Shown here piece by piece: positions 41,374 through 50,773 of a stretch of DNA of 64,000 nt (position 1 is its first letter; every line of letters starts with the position of its first letter). Made by a program: the position numbers and the translations under genes. Source of the stretch: an uncultured Dehalococcoidia bacterium (lineage in GTDB: Bacteria; Chloroflexota; Dehalococcoidia; Lucifugimonadales; CAJWUJ01); assembly GCA_913047625.1 (NCBI GenBank), contig CAJWUJ010000002.1:85848-149847 (forward strand), in the 5' to 3' direction. The notes under the pieces were generated by a model. That model was given only the letters and a program-made list of their open reading frames with translations. It made no database searches and was not told where the DNA came from.

Positions 41374-42363
41374 ATGAATAGCAAAACTAAGATTCCAAAA
41401 GTGAAAGTACTAGCTACTGGTGGAACAATAGCCAATAAAATTGATAAAGATGTGGGAGGAGGGGTTCCAACCTTGACTGGTGAAGACTTGATTGAATCTA
41501 TACCAGATGTTGAAACTTTGGCGGATGTTCATGTCGAACAAGTACTGAATGTGGGGAGCCATTTGTTGTCTCCGAACGATATCTTGAAAGTTCGGAACAA
41601 ATGTAGAGAATCATTGAATGATGGGTTTGACGGCATAGTGGTAACGATTGGCACTGCAACAATGGCTGAGTATGCATATATGCTTTCTATCACCCTCGAT
41701 ACCGACAGACCTGTGGTGCTAACGGGTGCAATGAGGAATATCTCATTACTCGGTGCCGACGGAATCAGAAATCTGGCAGATGCTATTCGTCTCGCCGGAT
41801 CACGTCAAGAGTTCAATCTCGGAGTGGTTGTTTGTATGCAAGGTGAAATATTTCATCCGCATGACGTTAATAAAATTCATGCCCAGAAGACAGAAGCATT
41901 TGGTTCATCTTTTGGGCCGCTCGGGGTCATTTTACCAGGCAGAATTGTGATGTATCGTAAACCGTTAATGAATCAATATATACCAGTGGAATCATTGACT
42001 AAACGCGTAGAGATTATTGTTGCTGAAGAAGGGGGAGACGGCTCTCTTCTAGACTTTGCATCAGAGAAAGCGGATGGTCTTGTTTTAGTGGGATTTCCTC
42101 CTGGAAATGTTTCGCCGGGTATGAATAAAGCTATAGAAAAGGCATTGCTGCAGGGTGTCCCTATTGTTCTGGTTCATCGTGCAATAGGAGGGGTTTTGAA
42201 TCAAGGATTTCACTCTGATGGAGGACCTGAAGCGCAGTTATTGGGAGCAGGAGCCCTGCCGGGAGGAAGTCTTACAGCAGCTAAAGCTCGTCTGAAATTG
42301 ATGCTAGCATTGAGTTATACGCAAGACAAAGGTGAGTTACGGAAGTTATTTCAAAATTATTAG
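41374..42363 (+). CDS. Asparaginase/glutaminase family protein (divergent)
   Basis: ATGGTIA, PVVLTGAMR, DGIRNL, KARLKLMLAL. HGTDT is replaced by IGTAT. SD GGAGG precedes ATG 41374. Confidence 0.85.
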   Translation: MNSKTKIPKVKVLATGGTIANKIDKDVGGGVPTLTGEDLIESIPDVETLADVHVEQVLNVGSHLLSPNDILKVRNKCRESLNDGFDGIVVTIGTATMAEYAYMLSITLDTDRPVVLTGAMRNISLLGADGIRNLADAIRLAGSRQEFNLGVVVCMQGEIFHPHDVNKIHAQKTEAFGSSFGPLGVILPGRIVMYRKPLMNQYIPVESLTKRVEIIVAEEGGDGSLLDFASEKADGLVLVGFPPGNVSPGMNKAIEKALLQGVPIVLVHRAIGGVLNQGFHSDGGPEAQLLGAGALPGGSLTAAKARLKLMLALSYTQDKGELRKLFQNY

Positions 42364-43589
42364 TATGAACGTTGCTTGCTAAGAATTTCACTTGTTTGCT
42401 TCCGAAGTTCAGGCACCAATAAGAACACTAGAAGCCCTAAAAGTAAACCAGTGCCAGCGGAAATAGCCATGGCATTATTTGCGCCGATAAAACTGGCAAT
42501 TACTCCGACTTCAAGATTTCCTATCGACCAGGTTCCTTGTGCAAAAAGCATGGCCCCAACAGCGAATCCTTGCATTGATTTTGGCGGGAAGACTAGCATG
42601 AGGGTGAATTGCATGATGGCATATCCTGATAAAGCTAGCCCAGAAATACCTACAAATGCCAGGGCAACAAAATAATTGCTGGACAGAGAAAAGAGAAGAA
42701 TTGCGGTGCAAAATCCGAGCATTCCAAACAGGAAATAGCGTCCGTGATAGTTAATTTTGGGTCGACTAACAAAAACTAAGCAACCTATTAGTGCACCGAG
42801 TCCTTCAGCTGACACTAGCATACCGGCAAGTACTTGGCTAACATTAAGAGTTTCCTCTGCTATGACTGGGATGAACTGGGCGTAAGGAGCAATAAATGTA
42901 TTAAGAATTACACTTGCTAATAGAGCTCCGATAAGGTGTTTAGTGGTCAAAACATACTTGAGGGCACTTTTTATCGGTGGCTGGCTATTTTGCAGTTTTT
43001 CCTTGCTAGCAGGATCATGCACTACTTTCACAAAATATAGGAAAAAGAGTCCTAACAAGTAGAAAGTTGCTACCATTAAATACGCTTGACTGAGACCAAA
43101 CTGGACAGCAACAAAACCACCTGTGAAGGGACCAATAAACCTACCCCCAAAAAGAGCAACGAGGTCTAGGGACATCGCACCAGTGATTTGTTCCTGACCC
43201 ATAATGTCATGAGTCAACGGTCTTCTCGATGTGTAGTCTCCAGCCCAGCCGGTACCCATTACGAGAGTAACTGCCACGATCCACCATAACGACATAATGT
43301 CAGCTAGGAGGAATAATCCTGTAAGTAACATGCCAGAAAATTGAACTGCTTGTACCACTGTAAGCATTTTTTTTCTGTTGACTCGGTCAGCTATTCTTCC
43401 TAGAGGAATGCCGAGAATGGGTAGAGGTATAATTCTAAGGAATGTTGCTAAGCCAACCCAGAACACAGAGTCTGTGATATCGAGGACTAGCAGTGCAAGA
43501 AGAAATAACTCGGTCCATCGGGCGGTATACCAAAAGCATGCTGCTAGCCACAAAGCCCGATAATTTTGATTCGTAAGTGCATGAACCAT
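42360..43589 (-). CDS. MFS transporter
   Basis: About 12 TM segments, GRIADRVNRK. Confidence 0.92.
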   Translation of the reverse strand: MVHALTNQNYRALWLAACFWYTARWTELFLLALLVLDITDSVFWVGLATFLRIIPLPILGIPLGRIADRVNRKKMLTVVQAVQFSGMLLTGLFLLADIMSLWWIVAVTLVMGTGWAGDYTSRRPLTHDIMGQEQITGAMSLDLVALFGGRFIGPFTGGFVAVQFGLSQAYLMVATFYLLGLFFLYFVKVVHDPASKEKLQNSQPPIKSALKYVLTTKHLIGALLASVILNTFIAPYAQFIPVIAEETLNVSQVLAGMLVSAEGLGALIGCLVFVSRPKINYHGRYFLFGMLGFCTAILLFSLSSNYFVALAFVGISGLALSGYAIMQFTLMLVFPPKSMQGFAVGAMLFAQGTWSIGNLEVGVIASFIGANNAMAISAGTGLLLGLLVFLLVPELRKQTSEILSKQRSY

Positions 43590-43592
43590 GGC

Positions 43593-43955
43593 TTAGTCAG
43601 GATTCTTATCCAGAAATTTACTAAAGATATCATCTGTCTTTTTAGCCATGATAAAGTCATTTCGGTGCAGATTGCGGATTTTGTGGGTCCACCAGGAAAC
43701 GCTCACCTTGCCCCATTCCAGTATTATGCGCGGATGATGCCCTTGTTCTTCAGCAAGCGATGCGATTGCCATGGTGAAGTCAGTTGGTGCGGAAAATCCT
43801 TTGAAAGAAAATAAGCGAGTCAACTGAGGAACTTCCTTTTCGCTGGTTATTTCCCAGTCAGGTATTTCAGGGAGAAGGTTATTGATTTCTGCTTGAGTTA
43901 CCTTTGGGGAATCTGCTCTGCAGGCAACGCATTTCTCTGATCCTAGTTGTGACAT
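43593..43955 (-). CDS. phhB: Pterin-4-alpha-carbinolamine dehydratase
   Basis: AEEQGHHP, WWTHKI, LHRNDFIMAKK. Confidence 0.92.
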   Translation of the reverse strand: MSQLGSEKCVACRADSPKVTQAEINNLLPEIPDWEITSEKEVPQLTRLFSFKGFSAPTDFTMAIASLAEEQGHHPRIILEWGKVSVSWWTHKIRNLHRNDFIMAKKTDDIFSKFLDKNPD

Positions 43956-44088
43956 GTATATTCCTTTGTAGTATGGTGCGGAGGGAAGGCAACCAATTAC
44001 GAATGTTATTTATTTGTTCTGTCGAATAGCCTAGCTACCTATATACAATACTTTAGTCGATCGGGTCAACAAACCCTGAAAGGAGCTT

Positions 44089-44577
44089 ATGATCAAGTGG
44101 ATTAATCACACCTGCTTTATTGTGAAGGATCTTGAAAAGTCATTGGTTTTCTACCGTGATTTGTTAGGAATGACGGTTGAACGTGAAGAGTTTCGGGATC
44201 AGGGGTCTGCTGGATCGTTCGGCGCAGCTCTCTTTGGTCAAGAACAAGTTCGGTATAACATGGTCTACCTAGGTATTGGGGATATGAGACATTCAGTGGA
44301 ATTGGTGCAGTTTTTTGATCCTGTTCCAGAGCAGCTTGACCAGGGAAGGCCTGTCGATATTGGATCGGGTCATTTAGGAATCATAGTGGAGGACTTGGAT
44401 GACGTGTATGCTCGTTTATCAGCAGAGGGAGTAGAGTTTTTGACCCCTCCTCAGGTTCGTAATGACAAGCCAGCTTATCCTTGGGCAAGAAAAGGTGCAT
44501 TTGCTAAAGATCCCGATGGAAATTGGTTGGAATTCCTAGAACGTTCGGAGCCTACAGAGCAAACAAGCGTCGTTTAA
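44089..44577 (+). CDS. VOC family protein
   Basis: INHTCFIVKDLEKSLVFY, HLGIIVEDLD, DPDGNWLE. Confidence 0.9.
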   Translation: MIKWINHTCFIVKDLEKSLVFYRDLLGMTVEREEFRDQGSAGSFGAALFGQEQVRYNMVYLGIGDMRHSVELVQFFDPVPEQLDQGRPVDIGSGHLGIIVEDLDDVYARLSAEGVEFLTPPQVRNDKPAYPWARKGAFAKDPDGNWLEFLERSEPTEQTSVV

Positions 44578-44598
44578 TATCAGTAAGAAAGAGGTGAC

Positions 44599-45483
44599 TT
44601 GATGAGTACGTTACAACAATTCTCCTCAATAGAGGACATTATCCTGTCCCATCACGGTGAAGGCAGAAAAAAATCGATTGAAGGTATGGCTCAACTCAAA
44701 TCCCTCTTGCCGGCAGACTTCTGTCGGGATGCAGCTCGGTTTTTGTATGAATTACCCGGGTTGGTTATGGTGGTAACAGGTTTTTATGAGCCAGTTCCTC
44801 AAACAATTGAAACAGACGGACCTCCTGGGGCTATAGCAATCGGAAATGCGTTACGAAAACTTGGCCGGGAGGTGATATACATCAGCGACAAATATGCTGT
44901 TGATTACCTAAGGACGTTGGGAGGTGGAAGCGATGTTGTTGAATACCCTATTGCAGACCATGAGGACAGCCGCGATTTTGCATCGAATCTCCTGTCCACC
45001 TACAATCCAGCTGTAGTTGTTGGTATCGAACGCTGTAGTCTGACTGATGATGGTAACTATTACAACATGTCTTTTCAGAACTTGTCAGCATTTACAGCAA
45101 AGACGGATTATTTATTTACTCAGCATTCTCATACTATCGGTATAGGTGATGGCGGAAATGAAATTGGTATGGGTAATTTATATAATGCTATAGCCAGCAT
45201 TCCTTCATTGCCCAAAAAGCCTGCTGTAACAGGATCAACACACTTAATTATCTCTAGCGTTTCTAATTGGGCTGGCTACGGCCTAGCGGCGGCTTTGTCG
45301 CAGGTATCTGGGAAGGATGTCAGTACTAGTCGTATAGAGGCGGAGTCAGTAATAAATGCCATGATTGAACTAGGTGCAGTTGACGGTGAATTATTGGAAC
45401 CTATTCCATGGGTAGATGGGTTTTCACTGGATGAAAATTTAGAGATTGTTGATCAGTTGCTAGCATGTTCAAATACCATGTAG
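44599..45483 (+). CDS. D-glutamate cyclase-like (DUF4392) protein
   Basis: VTGF, ETDGPPGA, GIER, GIGDGGNEIGMG, SVSNWAGY. Confidence 0.85.
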   Translation: MMSTLQQFSSIEDIILSHHGEGRKKSIEGMAQLKSLLPADFCRDAARFLYELPGLVMVVTGFYEPVPQTIETDGPPGAIAIGNALRKLGREVIYISDKYAVDYLRTLGGGSDVVEYPIADHEDSRDFASNLLSTYNPAVVVGIERCSLTDDGNYYNMSFQNLSAFTAKTDYLFTQHSHTIGIGDGGNEIGMGNLYNAIASIPSLPKKPAVTGSTHLIISSVSNWAGYGLAAALSQVSGKDVSTSRIEAESVINAMIELGAVDGELLEPIPWVDGFSLDENLEIVDQLLACSNTM

Positions 45484-45557
45484 GATTCTACATCCAGGTT
45501 CGTAAATAAGGGTTCCTAAATAGAAGTATCAGTAAATTGGATTGAGAGGAGATAAAA

Positions 45558-46610
45558 ATGTCTGGAGAAGGATTAAAAGGGAAAGTTGTGACAGTATCAG
45601 GGCCGGTTGACAGCAATAAATTGGGAGTCACATTACCCCACGAACACTTTTTTTACGACAGTCGTTCTAGATTTGTGGAACCTGAAGATGAGATCGGTAA
45701 GGAGTACGCACATCAGTCGGTTACCTTGGAAAATGTAGGCTGGATCACTAAGAATTGGATTAATAATATTGACAATCTCGTGGTAGATGATGAAGCTGTG
45801 GCAATTACAGAAGCACAGCTGTTTAAGGATGTCGGAGGAGGTACGATTGTTGATGTGACCAATGTGGGTCAACCTCGCAATCCTGGGGCTCTTTGTCGTA
45901 TAGCGCAGGCTACCGGATTAGATATTGTGATGGGATCGGGATACTATTTCGGCTATTTTCATCCTGGGGATATGGATTCCCGTACAGAAGATGATATTAC
46001 TAAAGAAATTATTTCTGACCTAACTGTGGGTGTAGACGGTACTGGTGTCAAGGCCGGATTGATCGGTGAAGTTGGCTTCTCAACACCTTTTGATCCCAAT
46101 GAAATAAAATCTCTTCGTGCTAGTGTGGCAGCACAAAAGGAATGTGGCGTAGCACTATCTATTCATCCGGGGCCTGGTGCAGATTCGCCTTTCCAGATTA
46201 TTGATATGCTTGAGGAAGCTGGTGCAGATTTAAGTCGTGTGGTGATGGGTCACATTGAACGCTCATCTCTAGATATGGATGGAATTTTAAAAGTTGCGAG
46301 TCGTGGTTGCTATGTGGAATTTGACTGGTTTGGCACGTTAAATCCTGCATATCCGTATGGACCTGTTGATGTTCCCAGCGATAGTGTGCGAATCAAGCAG
46401 ATTAGGAAATTAATAGCGGAAGGCCATCTTGATCAGGTGTTGGTCTCACATGACGTGTGCTTTAAAATGAGAATGGCCTGTTACGGTGGTCCAGGGTATG
46501 CTCATATTTCCAAGTACGTGGTCCAATGGATGGATGAGATGGGTATCACCCCAGATGAGATAGAATCTCTGACCAAGGCAAATCCGCAAAGAATGCTGGC
46601 AGTCATCTAG
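45558..46610 (+). CDS. Phosphotriesterase-related (PHP-type) amidohydrolase
   Basis: TLPHEH, GGGTIVDVT, GLIGEVG, SIHP, MGH, VSHD, NPQRML. Confidence 0.92.
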   Translation: MSGEGLKGKVVTVSGPVDSNKLGVTLPHEHFFYDSRSRFVEPEDEIGKEYAHQSVTLENVGWITKNWINNIDNLVVDDEAVAITEAQLFKDVGGGTIVDVTNVGQPRNPGALCRIAQATGLDIVMGSGYYFGYFHPGDMDSRTEDDITKEIISDLTVGVDGTGVKAGLIGEVGFSTPFDPNEIKSLRASVAAQKECGVALSIHPGPGADSPFQIIDMLEEAGADLSRVVMGHIERSSLDMDGILKVASRGCYVEFDWFGTLNPAYPYGPVDVPSDSVRIKQIRKLIAEGHLDQVLVSHDVCFKMRMACYGGPGYAHISKYVVQWMDEMGITPDEIESLTKANPQRMLAVI

Positions 46611-46632
46611 CTCACCTAATATATACCGGCAA

Positions 46633-47061
46633 CTAGATTTTATTATGCTTCAGTGCTTCTAATCCCAGATAATATCCATAGACTCCAAATCCCCATATAA
46701 GCCCTTTACATACTGGATGGATGTGTGAGACTAAGCCTCGGGAACTAGGATTGGAAAAGTGGATTTCGATTACAGGGAAAGTCACTTGAGGGATAGCATT
46801 TTTTAGCGATGGAGCACCTGCTGTGTTTCCTGCGGGATTAATCAGTGCTCCATCGTACTTGTTTTCGTAAGCATCATAGAGTGCATTTACTAATTCCCCT
46901 TCAATGTTTGAATGGAATATGTGGACGTCGACATTTAAAGCAGTTCCATATCCCATAATTTCTTCGTTGATTTCTGGCAGAGTTTTGGTACCGAATAGTT
47001 CTATTTGCGATTTGCCACGCATGTTCATTCCTGCCCCTTGAAGGACTAATATCTTGGTCAT
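46633..47061 (-). CDS. aroQ: Type II 3-dehydroquinate dehydratase homologue (catalytic residues altered)
   Basis: SNIEGELV, INPAG, IEIHFSN, GFGVYGY. The N-terminal catalytic loop is divergent. Confidence 0.65.
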   Translation of the reverse strand: MTKILVLQGAGMNMRGKSQIELFGTKTLPEINEEIMGYGTALNVDVHIFHSNIEGELVNALYDAYENKYDGALINPAGNTAGAPSLKNAIPQVTFPVIEIHFSNPSSRGLVSHIHPVCKGLIWGFGVYGYYLGLEALKHNKI

Positions 47062-47205
47062 GATGTTCTCCTTGTTGCAACGTTCTATAGCGATTGTGCT
47101 TCTAGTATACCCGTAAATATTTCATCAGACAGACCCATTTGCTTTCTTCTCACACCTAAATAGCGTATAGTGATCCCTCAGATTGGATGCATTCCTAGTT
47201 GTCAA

Positions 47206-48198
47206 ATGAAATTAGATAGATACCTTATACCTTCTGTTATTGCTGGCGTCGTTGCTGGACTTGCTCTGGTGATTTCGCTTGTGGGGTTGTTTAGTACTGA
47301 AGGAAATTCTCCGGATCTGGAAGAAGCGTTTCTTGTTGATCTGCCGGAGGATTTTCGAGATCTATCACCTGAAGAAGTTGCGGAGCTTGCAGTAACCCTC
47401 GGAAGGCATCTCGACCGTCTTGATAAAGATATGGATGAATCTTCGAAGTTGCTCTCAGATCGTCTCAGAAAGCTAGAAGAAATTGTGGTATCACAGGAAG
47501 ATTGGACTCGTTGGAGGGATGATCTTCTTTCCATTACCCAGGACGCTGAAACCAACATAGAACGAACTCAATATTTGCTCGATAAGATCCCGCAAGTTTT
47601 CCGAACCACTTTCAGACGTCAGGGCACTGTCCAGTGGGAGGCCAATTGGGAGGGACGATTTACTCCTACCAGCAACTTAGGAAATCTGGATCTTATTACT
47701 GGTTATGACGAGTATAGTGGACCAATTTTTGATCCGGTTAGTGCAAGTGAGTATGAAGGAAGTCTGGGTCAAAGACGGACGGGTGACCAGTCTGATTACT
47801 GGAAAATGGATGAACTTCTTATTCCTTATTCATCCGAAATTGTTGAACAATCTTCTTCCTGTTATCCTGAGGTTCAAGGAAGTTGGGCGTACTCATTAGA
47901 TATCCCAGTAGCACAACAGCAATCCCTAGGATTAACAGACGAGGAATTAGCTTATTTTAATAAGGGAACCTATACCTCAACAAACGTGGTTGTAGCAAAC
48001 TATACTGATGTAAGGCAAGATACCCCAGCCAGATATGTTTTTAGCGGGATGGCACTCAACGTTTCTTATGCTCATATGTTGCTTACGGTTGCGCCTGTAG
48101 TTGACTTCTCAAATCCTGCTACACCATTTCCTGATTTCATGGATTCTATTGATGTCTTTTATCACGTGATCATGGTTTGTATTCGTGATGATCAATAG
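47206..48198 (+). CDS. Hypothetical membrane-anchored protein with coiled-coil
   Basis: N-terminal TM (VIAGVVAGLALVISLVGLF), heptad-like segment, unrecognised acidic C-terminal domain. The ORF track starts at 47170. Confidence 0.6.
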   Translation: MKLDRYLIPSVIAGVVAGLALVISLVGLFSTEGNSPDLEEAFLVDLPEDFRDLSPEEVAELAVTLGRHLDRLDKDMDESSKLLSDRLRKLEEIVVSQEDWTRWRDDLLSITQDAETNIERTQYLLDKIPQVFRTTFRRQGTVQWEANWEGRFTPTSNLGNLDLITGYDEYSGPIFDPVSASEYEGSLGQRRTGDQSDYWKMDELLIPYSSEIVEQSSSCYPEVQGSWAYSLDIPVAQQQSLGLTDEELAYFNKGTYTSTNVVVANYTDVRQDTPARYVFSGMALNVSYAHMLLTVAPVVDFSNPATPFPDFMDSIDVFYHVIMVCIRDDQ

Positions 48199-48200
48199 TA

Positions 48201-49241
48201 TTAAGGGGTCGTAATTCCATAGCGTGTCATCAGGGATGTAATGCTTTTCCAGGTAGCCTCTTCAACAAAAATTCCTTTATCCTTACGTTCTATGGTCGTC
48301 AAATATTCTAATTCTCCAGGGTAATACACCTTATTGCTGTTAGGGGCTAGAGGGGTTTCCTGGAGATATTCTGCGAAAGCAGTGATGTCTTTTGTAAATG
48401 ATTTAAGACTACGGAATGCTTCAACATTGATAGCCATAACGAAGCAACCATCATTATGGATGCCTTCAGGGTCTACACCGAACCCAAGACCAGTGAGAAT
48501 GCCCGATAAAACTTCTACTATAACCGAGAGACCGTAGCCTTTATATCCTTGGTCCCCTCCTATTGGAAGGATAGATCCTCCTAGGTCTAGATCATTCGGA
48601 TTGGTACTTGGACGACCGTTTTTATCAATAATCCATCCCAGGGGAATTGATTCTCCTCGTTGTTTTGCTAGGTCTACTTTGCCTTTAGCTACCGAAGCAG
48701 TAGCTAAATCAATACAAAACGGTCCTGGAAGATTACTTGGGAATGCCATGCACAATGGGTTGGTGCCTAAGCGGGACTCTTTGCCTCCGAACGGTACCAC
48801 ATTCTTGACGGTTCTTCCTGAGTCAGCGGTAATGAAACCTATCATCCCTTCTTGGGCAGCTGTTATAGAGTAAGTTGCTAACCGTCCTATATGACTTTGT
48901 TGGAACACTGAGATGATTCCAACATTTGACTCTTTGGCCTTCCTAATAGCCAGATCCATTGCTTGAGTGGTTATCACATAACCGAATCCCCAATGACCGT
49001 TAATTCGTGCGGTAGTAGAAGTTTCTTGAAGAATTTCTAGCGATGCGTCAGGTAAAATATGCCCCTTTTCGATCCTGTCGATGTAAACCAGTAGTTGGAT
49101 AATTCCATGGGAGTCATGCCCTGAAAGGTTTGCAGAAACAAGGTGCTCTGCAATTAGTTGTGCGTCCTCTTCCTTGACGCGATTGGCCACCAGCAGGCTG
49201 CGGCACACAGATTGGAGGTATTGATGTGAAAAAGTAGGCAT
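48201..49241 (-). CDS. Ldh_2 family (malate/L-lactate/ureidoglycolate dehydrogenase-like) oxidoreductase
   Basis: GHDSHG, HIGR, GTNP, GYKGYGL, YPGE. Confidence 0.9.
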   Translation of the reverse strand: MPTFSHQYLQSVCRSLLVANRVKEEDAQLIAEHLVSANLSGHDSHGIIQLLVYIDRIEKGHILPDASLEILQETSTTARINGHWGFGYVITTQAMDLAIRKAKESNVGIISVFQQSHIGRLATYSITAAQEGMIGFITADSGRTVKNVVPFGGKESRLGTNPLCMAFPSNLPGPFCIDLATASVAKGKVDLAKQRGESIPLGWIIDKNGRPSTNPNDLDLGGSILPIGGDQGYKGYGLSVIVEVLSGILTGLGFGVDPEGIHNDGCFVMAINVEAFRSLKSFTKDITAFAEYLQETPLAPNSNKVYYPGELEYLTTIERKDKGIFVEEATWKSITSLMTRYGITTP

Positions 49242-49247
49242 GTTTAC

Positions 49248-50681
49248 TCACGATATTGGAGGAAGATATTGTGTCCATGGCTGGGCCTCTTCGAAAGCAG
49301 CAGAGGCAGCTAGGACTGTCGACTCATCACCTTTCTTTCCGATGATGTGGAGACCGATAGGCATTCCTTCAGAAGAAAAACCACACGGTACTGTGGCTGC
49401 GGGGTGACCAATGGTATTAATAGGATGGCTGAAAGGCATAAAACCGTAGGGTGGGTTTGGATGAACCGGATGTCCTCCAATCGTCTCGGGAAATGTTCCC
49501 ACTGGAAATGCAGTAACTGGCATGGTAGGTGAAAGTAGTAGGTCAAACTGTTCAAATTCTTGGTTAAATTTAGCTATCATTTGTTCTCGATGACCAAGTG
49601 CCTTAGCATAATGTTCGGCTGTGACTTCGGCACCTGCTTCAAGTTTTGCCTGGTTATACCAGGTGAGGTCATCCTTATTGGTTTGTAGCAATGAACCCGA
49701 GTTGATGTGGGCGTGGGCAGTCCATATAGTCCACCATGTCTCGAAGGTCGCTTCCAGACTGAGATTTGATTCTTCGAGAGAACAGCCGAGTCCCTCAAAG
49801 ACATGTGAAGCCTTAATGGTAGCATTCAACACTTCAGGGTCTGAGTGGATATAACCATAATTAGAGGACCAGCCCAGTTTGAGGCCCTTAACACCTCTTT
49901 CAAGAGCTGCTAGGAAATTAGGTGGCGTTTCTCGCAGAGAACTGGGATCTCGAGGATCATAGCCTGCTAGTACTTGGAGCATCATTGCTGAGTCGTGAAC
50001 TGATCTTGATATTGGACCTTGCTGTCCGAGGAAGTTTGGAAGGTGTGTGCCAGGTACTCCCCCATAGCTGGGAACCCTGCCTTGGGAATTCTTGATTCCG
50101 TAGAGTCCACAAAAACTTCCGGGAATACGTATAGAGCCTCCTCCATCACCCGCAGTTGCCAAAGCACATAGTCCTGCAGCTATGGCAGAACCGCTGCCAC
50201 CACTGGATGCCCCTGAAGTCCGTTCCAGGTTCCAAGGGTTGCGACAGTGATCTCCTAGTTTGTTCTCATTCACTCCCAGCGCGCCGAATTCGGAGGTATT
50301 TGTTTTTCCTAGGATGATGACACCAGCCTTACGTAAACGTTCTACCACAATAGAATCTGCTTTGGGAACATTGTCTTTATATATCAGTGAGCCGAGTGTA
50401 GTTCGAATCCCTTGTGTTTTTTCAAGATCCTTTATCCCGATGGGAAGGCCATGAAGAGGTCCCAGGGCATCCCCTTTCATTACTGCGGTTTCAGCCTTCT
50501 TAGCAGACGCTAAGGCGTCCTCCTGATTTAGAGTCAGATAAGCATTAAGCTGAGAATCCAGCTGATCGATACGTTCCAGGTATACATTGGTGAGTTCAAT
50601 AGGCGATACTTGTTTTTGGCTTACCATTCGTGCTAATTTCCAGGCAGGAGTGAATGCGAGATCTTGATTCGTAGTTGACAT
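49248..50681 (-). CDS. Amidase signature family protein
   Basis: IGIKDL, GKTNTSEFG, GASSGGS, GDGGGSIRIP (Ser-cisSer-Lys triad). Confidence 0.93.
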   Translation of the reverse strand: MSTTNQDLAFTPAWKLARMVSQKQVSPIELTNVYLERIDQLDSQLNAYLTLNQEDALASAKKAETAVMKGDALGPLHGLPIGIKDLEKTQGIRTTLGSLIYKDNVPKADSIVVERLRKAGVIILGKTNTSEFGALGVNENKLGDHCRNPWNLERTSGASSGGSGSAIAAGLCALATAGDGGGSIRIPGSFCGLYGIKNSQGRVPSYGGVPGTHLPNFLGQQGPISRSVHDSAMMLQVLAGYDPRDPSSLRETPPNFLAALERGVKGLKLGWSSNYGYIHSDPEVLNATIKASHVFEGLGCSLEESNLSLEATFETWWTIWTAHAHINSGSLLQTNKDDLTWYNQAKLEAGAEVTAEHYAKALGHREQMIAKFNQEFEQFDLLLSPTMPVTAFPVGTFPETIGGHPVHPNPPYGFMPFSHPINTIGHPAATVPCGFSSEGMPIGLHIIGKKGDESTVLAASAAFEEAQPWTQYLPPIS

Positions 50682-50773
50682 AAATAGCTCCTAATTAATT
50701 GTACTTTCGATATCGTATATCAAATGTGACAAGGCGCGTCAATGACACTCAAGGAACATAGCCGTTTACGTGG

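Noticed and set aside
43593-43955. Pterin dehydratase without phenylalanine hydroxylase
   Set aside because: Orphan PCD genes are common in bacteria and not notable alone
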